Of a stretch of DNA of 64,000 nucleotides, positions 11,306-22,391 are shown in pieces. The number at the start of each line of letters is the position of its first letter. Position 1 is the stretch's first letter. A program made the translations under genes and the position numbers. Origin of the DNA: Gemmatimonadota bacterium (GTDB lineage: Bacteria; Gemmatimonadota; Gemmatimonadetes; Gemmatimonadales; GWC2-71-9); NCBI GenBank assembly GCA_016874005.1, contig VGVQ01000009.1:74158-138157 (forward strand). Reading direction: 5' to 3'. The notes beneath the pieces were generated by a model, which searched no databases, was not told the DNA's origin, and worked only from the letters and a program-made list of their open reading frames with translations.

Positions 11306-11802
11306 TGGGCCCCCTGGTCGGGGTGGTCATGGGATCGACGTCCGATTGGGACGTCATGCAACACGCGGCTCGCCGGTTGACCGACTTCGGGGTCCCCCAC
11401 GAGACCCGGGTCGTCTCGGCGCACCGAACTCCGGACCTGCTGTTCGAGTATGCGACGTCGGCAGCGAGCCGGGGTCTCAAGTGCATCATCGCCGGAGCCG
11501 GCGGTTCGGCCCACTTGCCGGGGATGCTCGCGGCCAAGACTACCGTGCCGGTCCTCGGCGTTCCCATCACCAGCCGGCAGCTCAACGGACTCGATTCCTT
11601 GTTGTCGATCGTCCAGATGCCGGCGGGGATTCCGGTCGCCACCTTTGCCATCGGCGAAGCGGGCGCCCACAACGCGGGGCTCTACGCGGTGGCTCTGCTC
11701 GCCACCCACGACCGAGCCCTCGCCGCCAAGCTCCAGGCGTTCCGGGCCGAACAGACCGCACTCGTCCTAGCCGCCACCCTGCCCCCGCCTTCGGGTCGAT
11801 GA
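11302..11802 (+). CDS. purE: N5-carboxyaminoimidazole ribonucleotide mutase
   Basis: The motifs [10 protein letters not shown] and [13 protein letters not shown] are present. The start overlaps the ppdK stop. Confidence 0.9.
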   Translation: MMGPLVGVVMGSTSDWDVMQHAARRLTDFGVPHETRVVSAHRTPDLLFEYATSAASRGLKCIIAGAGGSAHLPGMLAAKTTVPVLGVPITSRQLNGLDSLLSIVQMPAGIPVATFAIGEAGAHNAGLYAVALLATHDRALAAKLQAFRAEQTALVLAATLPPPSGR

Positions 11803-12935
11803 TCCAGCCCGGCGGCACGCTGGGTCTGTTGGGTGGCGGCCAACTGGGCCGGATGTTCACCCAGCGAGCGCGGGCGATGGGCTACGAGGTCGTGGTCCTC
11901 GAGCCGGATCCAGTGAGCCCGGCCGGCGCCGTCGCGACCAAGCATCTCGTCGCGCCGTACGACGATCCGATGGGTCTGGCCGAGCTGGCGTCCCTGGCGC
12001 CGGTCGTCACGACCGAGTTCGAGAATGTTCCGGCCGCGGCGCTCGACTGGCTCGCCTCCCGCGTCATCTGTCGCCCAACCGGCCGAGCGGTCGCCACCGC
12101 CCAGGATCGGATCGCCGAGAAGACCTTCGTCCGCGATGCCGGCTTGGCCACCGCGGATTTCGAGCCGATCCAGGATCCGTCCGACTTGAAGCGCGCCTGG
12201 GATCGGATCGGCGCACCGGCCCTTCTCAAGACCAGCCGGCTTGGCTACGACGGAAAAGGCCAGGCCACCGTGCAGTCCCACCACGACGCCGAAGCGGCGT
12301 TCGAGCGCTTTGGCCGAGTGCCCTGCGTATACGAACGACGCTTGGAGCTCGAGCGGGAGCTGTCGGTGGTGCTGGCTCGGGACGCCCGAGGCGCGATCGA
12401 GTGCTTTCCCGTCGCCGAGAACGTCCATCGCAACGGGATCCTCCACACCACCGTGGCGCCGGCACCGATCGTGGAGTCGCTGCGTGAGGAGGCCCTCGCC
12501 GCCGCGACGAGGGTTGCCACGGCGCTCGGATATGTCGGTGTCCTGGGCGTCGAGCTTTTCGTTTCCGCTGGCCGGGTTTTCGTGAACGAGATCGCCCCGC
12601 GGCCGCACAACTCGGGGCATTTCACCATGGATGCTTGTTCGGTGGACCAATTCGAGCAGCAGGTGAGGATCTGCGCCGATCTCCCGTTGGGGAAGCCCCT
12701 GACGCTTTCCCCGGTCTGCATGATCAACCTGCTCGGCGAGGTCTGGTCGGGCGGCGAACCGGATTGGGGCTCCGCGCTTTCCCTCCCGGGCGTGCGCCTT
12801 CACCTCTATGGCAAGAAAGCGGTCCGGCCCGGCCGGAAAATGGGGCACCTCAACTGCCTGGCCCAAAGCCCCGGCGAGGCGCACGCGCTGGCGGAAGAGG
12901 CATTCCGACGGCTGACCGAGCGCCCGGAGGCCTGA
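11799..12935 (+). CDS. purK: N5-CAIR synthase (ATP-grasp)
   Basis: The ATG at 11799 overlaps the purE stop (ATGA). The product starts [19 protein letters not shown], has an ATP-grasp core, and ends in GRKMGHL. Confidence 0.9.
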   Translation: MIQPGGTLGLLGGGQLGRMFTQRARAMGYEVVVLEPDPVSPAGAVATKHLVAPYDDPMGLAELASLAPVVTTEFENVPAAALDWLASRVICRPTGRAVATAQDRIAEKTFVRDAGLATADFEPIQDPSDLKRAWDRIGAPALLKTSRLGYDGKGQATVQSHHDAEAAFERFGRVPCVYERRLELERELSVVLARDARGAIECFPVAENVHRNGILHTTVAPAPIVESLREEALAAATRVATALGYVGVLGVELFVSAGRVFVNEIAPRPHNSGHFTMDACSVDQFEQQVRICADLPLGKPLTLSPVCMINLLGEVWSGGEPDWGSALSLPGVRLHLYGKKAVRPGRKMGHLNCLAQSPGEAHALAEEAFRRLTERPEA

Positions 12936-12964
12936 GCGCGGCCCAAGTCCGGACCGGAACGCCA

Positions 12965-12995
12965 AAGGGGAGGGTGATTGCTCACCGCTCCCCTT
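12965..12995. terminator. stem-loop between convergent purK and ssrA (possible bidirectional terminator)
   Basis: AAGGGGAG-GGTGA-ttgc-TCACC-g-CTCCCCTT forms about 13 bp with one bulge. It lies 30 nt after the purK stop and 5 nt after the tmRNA 3' end. The flanking T-tract is weak. Confidence 0.4.
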
Positions 12996-12999
12996 GGGA

Positions 13000-13364
13000 T
13001 GGAGGCGCAGGGAATCGAACCCTGGTCCGAATCAGTGTCCAGCACAGCCACTACGTGCGTAGGTCGGTCTTATCGACTTCGGCCCCGGAGCGCCTACCGA
13101 CCAGCCACCCCGGTCCCTAGCCCTCCTGTCGATCTCGCCCGCGGCGCGAGGACGTCGCCGCGGGCCAGCCTGGATTTTCGAGCCGGCTTGGGCGCCCCAG
13201 GCAGGGCTCCTTTCACCGGTGGTGCGAAGCGAGCTCAGCTCAGCTTACGCAGCCAGCGCCAAATCAGAGTTGGCAGGTAGTGCTTTCCAAGTGTTTAGCC
13301 AGGTGTCCTGGGACCTGGGCACGCGTCTATGCCTTCCTCTAACCCGTCGAAACCAGTCGCCCCC
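13000..13364 (-). ncRNA. ssrA: tmRNA (SsrA)
   Basis: On the minus strand the 5' end reads GGGGGCGACTGGTTTCGACGGG. The 3' end reads CAGGGTTCGATTCCCTGCGCCTCCA, giving a T-arm plus an acceptor stem that pairs with the 5' end and includes a G3:U pair. An internal tag frame, GCC AAC TCT GAT TTG GCG CTG GCT GCG TAA (13274-13245), encodes ANSDLALAA*. The 3' CCA is not encoded. Confidence 0.9.
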
Positions 13365-13375
13365 TTTCGCTACGA

Positions 13376-13404
13376 ACGATAGGTAACATCTCAACGTAAC
13401 GCAA
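13376..13404 (-). promoter_or_regulatory. candidate sigma70-type promoter for ssrA
   Basis: The minus strand reads TTGCGT-17 nt-TATCGT, about 11 nt upstream of the mature tmRNA 5' end. This is a motif match only. Confidence 0.25.
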
Positions 13405-13450
13405 CATCCTGGATGGCATCGCTCGGCGTAACCATTGACGCTCAAGTGGT

Positions 13451-14374
13451 TTACCCGGTCCCGCGACCCCACCAACCCCTTCGCCGAAACCACCAGCCAA
13501 TCGCCAGGCAGACGACGGCCATCACCGCGAGGACGGCGGGGTACCCCCATGGCCAACCGAGCTCGGGCATGGAATGGAAGTTCATCCCGTAGACACCGAC
13601 GATGAACGTCAACGGCAAGAAGAAGGCCGAGAAGACGGTCAGCACCCGCATGACTTCATTGGTCCGGTAAGACGACAGCGCCACGTGAATCCCGAGCAGG
13701 TTGTTGATCTCCTCGAGCAGCTGGTCGGCATAGAAATAGTAGCTCTCGGCGTTTTCCCGGACGTCATGGAAGACGGCCGCCGTTCGCTCCCCGGGCAGCA
13801 CCAGCTTCTGGAGGCTGGCCGAGGTCTGCCAGAAGAGCCGTTTGATGACGTTGACCCGCCGCTTGAGCTTGTGGATGGCTTGGAGGTCAGGCGATCGGCG
13901 GGCCGGGCTCAACAGATCTTCCTCGAGTGCATCCACGGCGTCTTCGGCGGCATCGAGGGGGTTGTCGAACGAATCGAGCGCCCCATTGAACAGCATCCCG
14001 AGCAGGACCGAATCGCCCAGGTGCCCCCCATTGCCCCCCCGAAATCGCTCCCTTGCATCCGCCACCAGACTCAGATCGGCTCGATGGATCGTCACCACTA
14101 AACCCGGGCGGAAGAAGATCGCGATCTTCCGGGTCATTTCCTGGACACTCGAGGCCCGGATGTCGCACTGCGGATCGAAAACCCGCAGAATCACGAAGGT
14201 GGTTTCGCCGAATCGCTCGTGCTTGGGAAGATGCCAGGGGTCGAGGCAGTCTTCGACCGCCATGGAGTGGAAGCCGAATTCGGCGGCGATTTGCCGCAAC
14301 TCGGCCGGATCGGGAGCGACGACATCGACCCACTCGAACGCCGGGTCCGAGAGCCTGACGACGGATTCTCGCAT
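13451..14374 (-). CDS. corA: CorA-family divalent cation transporter
   Basis: Two C-terminal TM helices carry the YGMNF signature (VGVYGMNFHSMPE). The cytoplasmic N-domain is of typical length. Confidence 0.85.
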   Translation of the reverse strand: MRESVVRLSDPAFEWVDVVAPDPAELRQIAAEFGFHSMAVEDCLDPWHLPKHERFGETTFVILRVFDPQCDIRASSVQEMTRKIAIFFRPGLVVTIHRADLSLVADARERFRGGNGGHLGDSVLLGMLFNGALDSFDNPLDAAEDAVDALEEDLLSPARRSPDLQAIHKLKRRVNVIKRLFWQTSASLQKLVLPGERTAAVFHDVRENAESYYFYADQLLEEINNLLGIHVALSSYRTNEVMRVLTVFSAFFLPLTFIVGVYGMNFHSMPELGWPWGYPAVLAVMAVVCLAIGWWFRRRGWWGRGTG

Positions 14375-14377
14375 CGC

Positions 14378-15135
<758 letters not shown>

Positions 15136-15139
<4 letters not shown>

Positions 15140-16119
15140 AACAGGACCGCTTGGCGCTCGAGATACCCGTGGAACAGGGCTGCCGCCGCCGCCATGGTCT
15201 CCACCTGGAAGAGCTTCTCGCGGAGTGCCGCCGCCTGGGGCAGCCCCCGGGTATACCAGCCCAGGTGCTTGCGGAACTCGATCACGGTCTGACGGCAGTC
15301 GCCCTGCAACGCGATCGCGAGTTGGGCGTGCTCGAGCGCCACCGCGAAGCGGTCGGCGGCGCTGGGTGGCGCCGGGCGTTCTGCGCCGATCAGGAGAGCC
15401 CGGGCATCGCGGAACAGCCATGGGTTCCCGAACGACCCGCGGCCGATCATGATGGCGGCGCAACCGGTGTGGCCGCGCATCGCCACCACGTCGTCCGCGG
15501 TTTGGACGTCGCCGTTTCCGATGACCGGGATGTCGAGCGCCTCGACCACTCGGGCGATCTCGTCCCAATCGGCCTCGCCGCTGAACATCTGGGTTCTGGT
15601 CCGAGCGTGGAGGGTAAACGCACGGGCCCCCGCCTCCTGCATCCTGAGGGCGATCTCGACCGGTTGGCGGGATTGTTCGCTCCAGCCGCTCCGGGTCTTC
15701 ACGGTCACCGGCAAATGGGTTGCCGCCACGACCGCCCGGATGATCCGATCGACCAGTTCCAGGTCCCGCAGGCAGCCCGACCCCCCGTTGCGCTGAACGA
15801 CCTTCTTGACCGGGCAGCCGAAATTGATGTCGATGAAGTCAGGCTGATATTCCGCCGTGACGATGGCGGCCGCCTTGGCCATCGCCTCAGGATCGGCTCC
15901 GTAGATCTGGATCCCGATCGGCCGTTCGACCCGGGCAAACTCGCACCCTTCGAGCGTCTGACGAATCCCGCGCCGGATCGCCTCGGCGGCGAGGAATTCA
16001 GTCATCAGCACGTCGGCACCGAACCGCCGGCAGACTTGCCGAAACGGTGCCTCTGACACCCCCGCCATCGGGGCCAGGATGAGCGGACACTCGGCCGCGA
16101 CCCGGTACGGTAACTGCAT
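15136..16119 (-). CDS. dusB: tRNA-dihydrouridine synthase
   Basis: The motifs LILAPMAGVSEAPFR and DINFGCPVKKV are present. The protein looks like a TIM-barrel flavoenzyme of the Dus family. Confidence 0.85.
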
Positions 16120-16219
16120 ATCGGAAAGCTACTTGCGTGCACCCCCGGTCGCCAGCGCGACGACAACCGAGCCCGGTCCCCTCCCCAATTCAACAACCGA
16201 GCCGTAGACTTCGGCCGTT

Positions 16220-16672
16220 ATGCGGCTACGCGATTTCCTGGAACCGCAATCGGTCAATCTCGACCTGCGGGCCTCGACCCGAGACGCCGCCATCGCGGAG
16301 ATGATCGCCTTGCTCGGGATCGATGAGCGGGCTCAGGCCGTCGTCGCCAAGCTGATCGATCGCCGGGAGCAGGTGGGATCGACGGCCATCGGGCGCGGCG
16401 TCGCGATTCCCCACTGCCGGACCCTCGCCGTATCGCGGCTCAGGATGGCCTTCGGCCGCAGCACGGCCGGGATCGACTTCGGGGCCCCCGACCAACGACC
16501 AGTCCACGCCATCTTCCTGATCGTGGCGCCGCCCAACGAGGTTTCCAACCAGTACCTTCCGGTGCTCGCGCGCATTGCCCAGCTGGCCAAGGAGCCCGAT
16601 CGACCCGAGCGACTGGCCACGATCGGCGGAGTCGACGAATTCTTCGCCCTGTTGGATCAGGCTGGCGTCTGA
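16220..16672 (+). CDS. ptsN: PTS EIIA(Ntr)-type regulatory protein
   Basis: The 150-aa product contains GSTAIGRGVAIPHCR (phosphorylatable His context), as in the PTS EIIA type-2 fold. Confidence 0.75.
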   Translation: MRLRDFLEPQSVNLDLRASTRDAAIAEMIALLGIDERAQAVVAKLIDRREQVGSTAIGRGVAIPHCRTLAVSRLRMAFGRSTAGIDFGAPDQRPVHAIFLIVAPPNEVSNQYLPVLARIAQLAKEPDRPERLATIGGVDEFFALLDQAGV

Positions 16673-16673
16673 G

Positions 16674-18224
16674 CTACTCCCACTCGATGGTCGCCGGCGG
16701 TTTCGAGCTCACGTCGTAGACGACCCGGTTGACGCCCCGAACCTCGTTGGCGATTCGGTTGGCGATCCGGGTGAGGACGTCTGGGGGGAATGGGAACCAG
16801 TCGGCGGTCATCCCGTCGCGGCTGGTGACGGCGCGGAGGGCGATGACCTGCTCGTAGGTCCGGCCATCGCCCATCACGCCGACCGAGCGAATCGGCAACA
16901 GCACCGCGAAGGCCTGCCAGATCGAGTGGTAGAGCGAGGCGGCGCGAATCTCCTCGAGGTAGATCGCGTCCGCCTGGCGAAGCACCTCGAGATCGGGGCG
17001 GGACACGGCTCCGAGGATCCGGATCGCGAGGCCTGGCCCGGGAAACGGATGACGGCCGACGATCTCTTCCGGCAGCCCGAGGTCGCGACCCACCGCGCGG
17101 ACCTCGTCCTTGAACAACTCCCGCAACGGTTCGATCAGCTTGAACGGCAGTCGTTCCGGCAGCCCGCCGACGTTATGGTGAGTCTTGATGGTCACCGAAG
17201 GGCCGCCGCGCGGGGAGAACGACTCGATCACGTCCGGGTAGAGCGTTCCCTGCACCAGGAACCCCACCCCGTCGCCGACCTCTCGGGCGGTCGCCTCGAA
17301 TACGTCGATGAAGGTCTTCCCGATGATCTTCCGCTTCTGCTCGGGGTCGGTGACCCCATCGAGCAGCGTCAGGAAGCGGTCGCTGGCGTCGACCACCCGC
17401 AAATCGATCCCGAGATGCCGCCGAAACGTCAGTTCGACCTGGTCGCGCTCGTGCAGTCTGAGAAGGCCATGATCGACGAAGATGCAGGTGAGCCGGTCAC
17501 CCACGGCGCGGTGCACCAGGGCCGCGGCGACCGCGGAGTCGACCCCACCGGACAGTCCGCAGATGACCCGGGCGGTCGGCCCAACCAGGGCTGCGACCTT
17601 GGCGACTTCCGCCTCGATGAAATGCGCCGAGGTCCAGTCCGGCGTGGCGCCGCAGACATCGAACAAGAAGGCGTTGATGATCTCGCCACCGCGGGCGGTG
17701 TGAGCGACCTCGGGATGAAACTGGACCGCCATCAGCGGGCGGCTCTCGTGCTCGATCCCGGCCACCGGGCTATTCTCGCTCGAGGCGGTGAGCCGGAAAC
17801 CCCGGGGGACCTCCGCGACGTGATCGCCGTGACTCATCCAGACGGTGGTGGACTCGCCCGGCGTGAAGCCGCCGAACAGCCGGCCGCCATGCACGGTGAC
17901 CTGGGCTCGACCATACTCGCGGCGCCCGGCCGGCAGCACCTTGGCCCCAGCCGCCTGCGCCACCAAATACATCCCATAGCAGAGTCCGAGAACCGGAACA
18001 CCCAAGTCGAACAGGCCGGGATCGGCAGTTGGCGCGCCGTCGTCGTAGACCGAGTTGGGGCCGCCCGACAGGATGATCCCGGTCGGGTTCCAGGCCCGAA
18101 TCCACTCGACTGAACGGGTCGGCGGGTGGATCTCGCAATAGACGTGAGCTTCGCGAACCCGCCGGGCGATGAGCTGGGTGAATTGGGAACCGTAGTCGAG
18201 AATCAGGATCGCGTTCTTGGTCAC
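16674..18224 (-). CDS. guaA: GMP synthase (glutamine-hydrolysing)
   Basis: It has a GATase domain ([24 protein letters not shown]), an ATP-PPase P-loop ([10 protein letters not shown]) and a C-terminal PPATIEWE. The GTG start overlaps the lysA stop (GTGA). Confidence 0.95.
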   Translation of the reverse strand: MTKNAILILDYGSQFTQLIARRVREAHVYCEIHPPTRSVEWIRAWNPTGIILSGGPNSVYDDGAPTADPGLFDLGVPVLGLCYGMYLVAQAAGAKVLPAGRREYGRAQVTVHGGRLFGGFTPGESTTVWMSHGDHVAEVPRGFRLTASSENSPVAGIEHESRPLMAVQFHPEVAHTARGGEIINAFLFDVCGATPDWTSAHFIEAEVAKVAALVGPTARVICGLSGGVDSAVAAALVHRAVGDRLTCIFVDHGLLRLHERDQVELTFRRHLGIDLRVVDASDRFLTLLDGVTDPEQKRKIIGKTFIDVFEATAREVGDGVGFLVQGTLYPDVIESFSPRGGPSVTIKTHHNVGGLPERLPFKLIEPLRELFKDEVRAVGRDLGLPEEIVGRHPFPGPGLAIRILGAVSRPDLEVLRQADAIYLEEIRAASLYHSIWQAFAVLLPIRSVGVMGDGRTYEQVIALRAVTSRDGMTADWFPFPPDVLTRIANRIANEVRGVNRVVYDVSSKPPATIEWE

Positions 18225-19570
18225 GACGGGGTCTCGCGGGCAAACGGTTCGACGACTTCTCCAGCCATCAGCTGGGCGACGGTCTCTCGAGGGCGGATCA
18301 GCGCGTATCGGCCTCGGTCGACGAGCACCTCGGCGGGTCGGGGTCTGGTATTGTAGTTGGAGGCCATGACGAAGCCGTAGGCGCCGGCGCCGAGGATGGC
18401 CAGGTTCTCGCCCGGCTGGACGTCGGGGACCAGGCGGTCGAGGGCGAGGAAGTCGCCGGTCTCGCAGACCGGACCCACCACGTCCGCCACGATGGTCCCT
18501 CGGGGGCTCCTTCGAGTCTCGACGATGGCGTGATAGGCCTGGTAGTGGCTGGGTCGGACCAGATCGTTCATCCCCGCGTCCACGACGACGAACCGTTTGC
18601 CGCCGGAGCTCTTACGGTAGAGCACCTTGGTGACGAGCACCCCCGCGCTTCCGACCAGATAACGGCCGGGCTCGAGGTGCAACGCCAATCCAGACCGATC
18701 CGCGTGCGGGGCCAGGGCGGTCGCCAGCGCGACGGGATCGAGCGGTGTCTCATCCCGGTACCGGATGCCCAGGCCGCCGCCCACGTCGAGGGCCTCGATG
18801 GTGCGGATCCCCCTGCCCCGGAGCGCCTGGACGAGGTCGGCCAGCACGGCCGCTCCCTGGGCGATCGGCTCCGGATCGAGGAGCTGGCTTCCGAGGTGGA
18901 CGGCCAACGTCACCAGTCTCAGGCGCGGGTTGACCGAGATCCGTTGGCCGAGCGCGGTCACCAGTTCGACCGGAATCCCGAACTTGATGCCGCTGACTCC
19001 GGTGGCGATATAGGGGTGGGTCTCGGCGCCAACGCCCGGGTTGACCCGGAGCCCGAGCCGAACCGGAGCGGTCACCGAGCGTCCTTCCACCAGCCGTTCG
19101 ATGACGTCGAGTTCTTCCGCTGACTCGATGTTGATGCTACCGATTCCGGCCTCGATCGCCTCGGCGAGTTCGACGGTGGTCTTTCCGACTCCGCTGAAGA
19201 CGATGTCGGAATTGGGGAACCCCGCGGCGCGCGCTCGGGCCAGTTCGCCCCCGGAGACGATGTCGGCTCCGGCACCCATGTCTCGAAACAGCCGGAGGAT
19301 GGCGAGGTTGGCGTTTGCTTTGACGGCATAGTGGATCTTGATACGCCGACCGGCAAAGGCGTCACCGAGCGCCTGGAAGCGTTGGCGAATCGCCCCGGCG
19401 TGGTAGAGGTAGCTGGGCGTGCCGACGTCGGCGGCGATCGCGTCGATCGCGATTCCACCGATCCGGAGCGCATCGCCGGCCCGTTCGAGGCCCGCGTCGC
19501 GCAGCAACGCTCCCGGATCGCCGAGAGCCGCCCCGACAACGGGCTCCAGGCTCAGTATGCCCTCGCCCAC
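18221..19570 (-). CDS. lysA: diaminopimelate decarboxylase
   Basis: The product contains [16 protein letters not shown]...[14 protein letters not shown] (PLP Lys) and shows the alanine-racemase-like barrel plus C-terminal CETGD. The start is uncertain. The first GTG or ATG consistent with the domain is the GTG at 19570, which overlaps proS by 19 nt. CTG/TTG codons at 19555-19500 are alternatives. Confidence 0.8.
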   Translation of the reverse strand: MGEGILSLEPVVGAALGDPGALLRDAGLERAGDALRIGGIAIDAIAADVGTPSYLYHAGAIRQRFQALGDAFAGRRIKIHYAVKANANLAILRLFRDMGAGADIVSGGELARARAAGFPNSDIVFSGVGKTTVELAEAIEAGIGSINIESAEELDVIERLVEGRSVTAPVRLGLRVNPGVGAETHPYIATGVSGIKFGIPVELVTALGQRISVNPRLRLVTLAVHLGSQLLDPEPIAQGAAVLADLVQALRGRGIRTIEALDVGGGLGIRYRDETPLDPVALATALAPHADRSGLALHLEPGRYLVGSAGVLVTKVLYRKSSGGKRFVVVDAGMNDLVRPSHYQAYHAIVETRRSPRGTIVADVVGPVCETGDFLALDRLVPDVQPGENLAILGAGAYGFVMASNYNTRPRPAEVLVDRGRYALIRPRETVAQLMAGEVVEPFARETPS

Positions 19571-21012
19571 ACGGCCTCGTACTGGGCCGGCTGCCCGGTC
19601 CAGATGCACCGGGTGGGTGCATCGCCCACCCGAAACTCGGTATCGGGAAGGACCCGGATCGTCGCTTTGGTCTGCTCTTTCACCGCGGCTTCGACCGCCG
19701 GATCTCCACACCAGCCAGCGTAGACGAACCCTCCTCCGCTCTCCAGGTAGTCGACGAATTCCTCCTTGCTCTTGGGGTGGCGCAACGTCCCCCCCTCGCG
19801 CCGCGCCCGGGCCGATTCCAGGAGGCCTCGCTGCATCTGGTCGACCTCGCCCCGGAGGGTCGCCGCAAGACCCTCCATCCCCAGCGACACTTTCCCGCCG
19901 CCGGTCCGCCGCGCCAACATCACGCTGCGATTGGTTAGATCCCGGGGACCCAGTTCCAAGCGGAAGGGAACGCCGCGAGCCTCCCACTCGTAATACTTGG
20001 CACCGGGCTTGATCCCCTCTCGCCCGTCGACATGCACTCGCAACCCTCCCGCCTTGAGATCGGTCGCCAGGGCGTTGGCCGCTTCGAGCACCTGGCCGCG
20101 TTCGCTGTCGGTCTTGTGAATCGGGACGATGACGACCTGTCGCTGGGCCAGACGCGGCGGACAGACCAACCCGTTGTCATCGCTGTGAGTCATGATCATT
20201 CCGCCGATCATCCGCGTGGAGCACCCCCACGAGGTGCTCCAGACGTGGTCCATGGCGCCATCGGCCGTCTGGAACGAGACATCGAACGCCTTGGCGAAGT
20301 TCTGGCCGAGGTTGTGACTGGTCCCCATCTGTAGCGCCTTGTTGTCCTGCATCAGAGCCTCGAGCGCGTAGGTGCGCATGGCCCCGGCGAACCGCTCGCT
20401 CTCGGTCTTGCGGCCGGTGATGACCGGGATCGCGAGGTATTGCTCCTGGAAGGTTCGGTAGACCCCCAACATCTTGAGGGTTTCTTCCTCGGCCTCCGCC
20501 TCGGTCGCGTGGGCCGTATGTCCTTCCTGCCAGAGGAACTCGGTGGTGCGAAGAAACAGCCGCGTTCGCATTTCCCACCGGACCACGTTGCACCATTGGT
20601 TCATCAGGACCGGCAAGTCGCGGTAGCTCTGGATCCATTTCGAAAACATCGATCCGATGATGGTCTCGGAAGTGGGCCGGACCACCAGGGGCTCCTCCAG
20701 TTCCTTGCCGCCGCCGTGGGTGACCACCGCCGTCTCCGGCGCGAAGCCCTCGACGTGTTCGGCCTCTTTTGCCAGAAAACTCTGCGGAATGAAGAGCGGG
20801 AAGTAGGCGTTCTCGTGACCGGTGTCCTTGAACATGCCATCGAGCGCGGCTTGCATCTGTTCCCAAATCGCGAAACCGTTTGGCCGAATCACCATGCAGC
20901 CGCGAACCGGGCTGTAGTCGGCCAGCTCGGCTTTGGCGATCAGTTCGTTGTACCAAGCGCTGAAGTCTTGGGCGCGGGGGGTCAGTGCCTTGGAGTCTGC
21001 CATACGACGCAT
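19552..21012 (-). CDS. proS: prolyl-tRNA synthetase (archaeal/eukaryote-like short type)
   Basis: The product starts [36 protein letters not shown]. It has a class II core, no INS editing domain, and a C-terminal Zn-binding-like extension. Confidence 0.9.
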   Translation of the reverse strand: MRRMADSKALTPRAQDFSAWYNELIAKAELADYSPVRGCMVIRPNGFAIWEQMQAALDGMFKDTGHENAYFPLFIPQSFLAKEAEHVEGFAPETAVVTHGGGKELEEPLVVRPTSETIIGSMFSKWIQSYRDLPVLMNQWCNVVRWEMRTRLFLRTTEFLWQEGHTAHATEAEAEEETLKMLGVYRTFQEQYLAIPVITGRKTESERFAGAMRTYALEALMQDNKALQMGTSHNLGQNFAKAFDVSFQTADGAMDHVWSTSWGCSTRMIGGMIMTHSDDNGLVCPPRLAQRQVVIVPIHKTDSERGQVLEAANALATDLKAGGLRVHVDGREGIKPGAKYYEWEARGVPFRLELGPRDLTNRSVMLARRTGGGKVSLGMEGLAATLRGEVDQMQRGLLESARARREGGTLRHPKSKEEFVDYLESGGGFVYAGWCGDPAVEAAVKEQTKATIRVLPDTEFRVGDAPTRCIWTGQPAQYEAVWARAY

Positions 21013-21138
21013 CGGTCCCGGGATATGGTGATTGGCCCTCCCCCGATTGCGGGGACCGAACGGACGGTTCGAAACCGGTACGGATTCGCGAACGGCGGAG
21101 GGCCCTGGCGTCCGGGAATATAACGCGGCCCGCGCTCC

Positions 21139-22383
21139 CTAGAGCGGGGTGACCCCGACGGCGGCCATCACGTCGCCGACCGTGTGGAACGACCCGGTAA
21201 CCAGGACGGTTCCGGCCCCCACCTGGACCTCAGCCAAAGCGCGATGAAAGTCGGGGATCAGGCGCCACTCGGCCCGGGCGGGTGGCCGATCGGTACGCTC
21301 GAGCCACTTGTTCAGCCAGTCGAGGCTCCACCGACGGCCCTCGGCGGTTGGAGCGACGGTCAGGATCCCCCGGTCCACCGCCTGGTCCAGGCCGACCAGC
21401 ATCTCGGGCCACTCCTTGTCGCTCAGGATCGACACCAGGGCGTGCACCGGCCTTGGGATGGCCAGCTCGGTGACCGCGGCCACCAGCGCCCTGACCCCGT
21501 CGGGATTGTGGGCGACGTCGAAGAGCCACTTACCCCGCCGGTCGAGCCGTCCTGGGATGAAGGCGCTCGCGAAGCCCGTCGCCACCGCGTCGGCGCTGGG
21601 CCGATAGCGGGCGGGAAGGGCCATCAGCATGCCGTGGGCAACCGCCGCGTTGCGGCGCTGATGCCCGCCCTGGAGCCGCAGCGGCCCGGTCCACTGGTAG
21701 TCGGCCGGGAGCACCCGAAGATCGGCCTTGGCCCCTGGGGCGGCTCGTTCGACCGCCGCGCGGGCTTCGCGGCGAAGCACCGCGACGAGACGAGGGTCCC
21801 TTTCGCCGATGACGAAGGGCGCCCCCGGTTTCGCGATCCCAGCCTTCTCGGTAGCGATCGCCTCGAGGGTGTCGCCCAGATAGCGTTGGTGGTCCAAGGC
21901 GATCTTGGTCACCCCGCTCACCAGCGGGCGAACGACGTTGGTGCTGTCGAGCCGGCCGCCGAGGCCAACTTCGATCACCGCGATCTCCGCCCCGCGGGCC
22001 GCGAGGTCGGCGAACGCCATCGCGGTGCTCGCCTCGAAGAAGGTGGCACCCAGCCGATCGATCGCTGGCCTGAGCGCGGTGGTCCAGGTCGCCACCGCCT
22101 CTTCGGAGATCGGCACCCCAGCCACCGTGATCCGCTCCCGAAAGCTGACCAAGTGGGGCGAGGTGTACAGCCCGACCCGCCAACCTGCCTCGGCGAGGGC
22201 CGCGGCAATCAGCGTGCTGACGCTTCCCTTCCCGTTGGTCCCCCCGACGTGGACCGTCGGGATCACGAGGTGGGGGTCGCCGATCGAGGCCAGCAACCCC
22301 TCGGTTCGGTCGAGCCCGAATCGAATGGTCGTGGTCCTCGGAAAGAGGAAGTCCACGGCCTCCTGGTAGCTGAGTCGAGGCAA
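21139..22383 (-). CDS. folC: bifunctional folylpolyglutamate synthase/dihydrofolate synthase
   Basis: It has the Mur-ligase P-loop VGGTNGKGS. The N-terminus (M)PRLSYQEAVDFLF is typical of FolC. There is no ATG or GTG between the accD stop and the domain, so the TTG at 22383 is proposed. The 550-aa ORF extension overlaps accD. Confidence 0.75.
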   Translation of the reverse strand: MPRLSYQEAVDFLFPRTTTIRFGLDRTEGLLASIGDPHLVIPTVHVGGTNGKGSVSTLIAAALAEAGWRVGLYTSPHLVSFRERITVAGVPISEEAVATWTTALRPAIDRLGATFFEASTAMAFADLAARGAEIAVIEVGLGGRLDSTNVVRPLVSGVTKIALDHQRYLGDTLEAIATEKAGIAKPGAPFVIGERDPRLVAVLRREARAAVERAAPGAKADLRVLPADYQWTGPLRLQGGHQRRNAAVAHGMLMALPARYRPSADAVATGFASAFIPGRLDRRGKWLFDVAHNPDGVRALVAAVTELAIPRPVHALVSILSDKEWPEMLVGLDQAVDRGILTVAPTAEGRRWSLDWLNKWLERTDRPPARAEWRLIPDFHRALAEVQVGAGTVLVTGSFHTVGDVMAAVGVTPL

Positions 22384-22391
22384 CGACGGAA

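Noticed and set aside
21013-21138. A possible T-box or tRNA-like element upstream of proS (GGTTCGAAACC at about 21065-21080).
   Set aside because: The spacer is only about 125 nt. I could find no specifier loop, no T-box consensus, and no acceptor or anticodon arms. The motif is an isolated near-palindrome.
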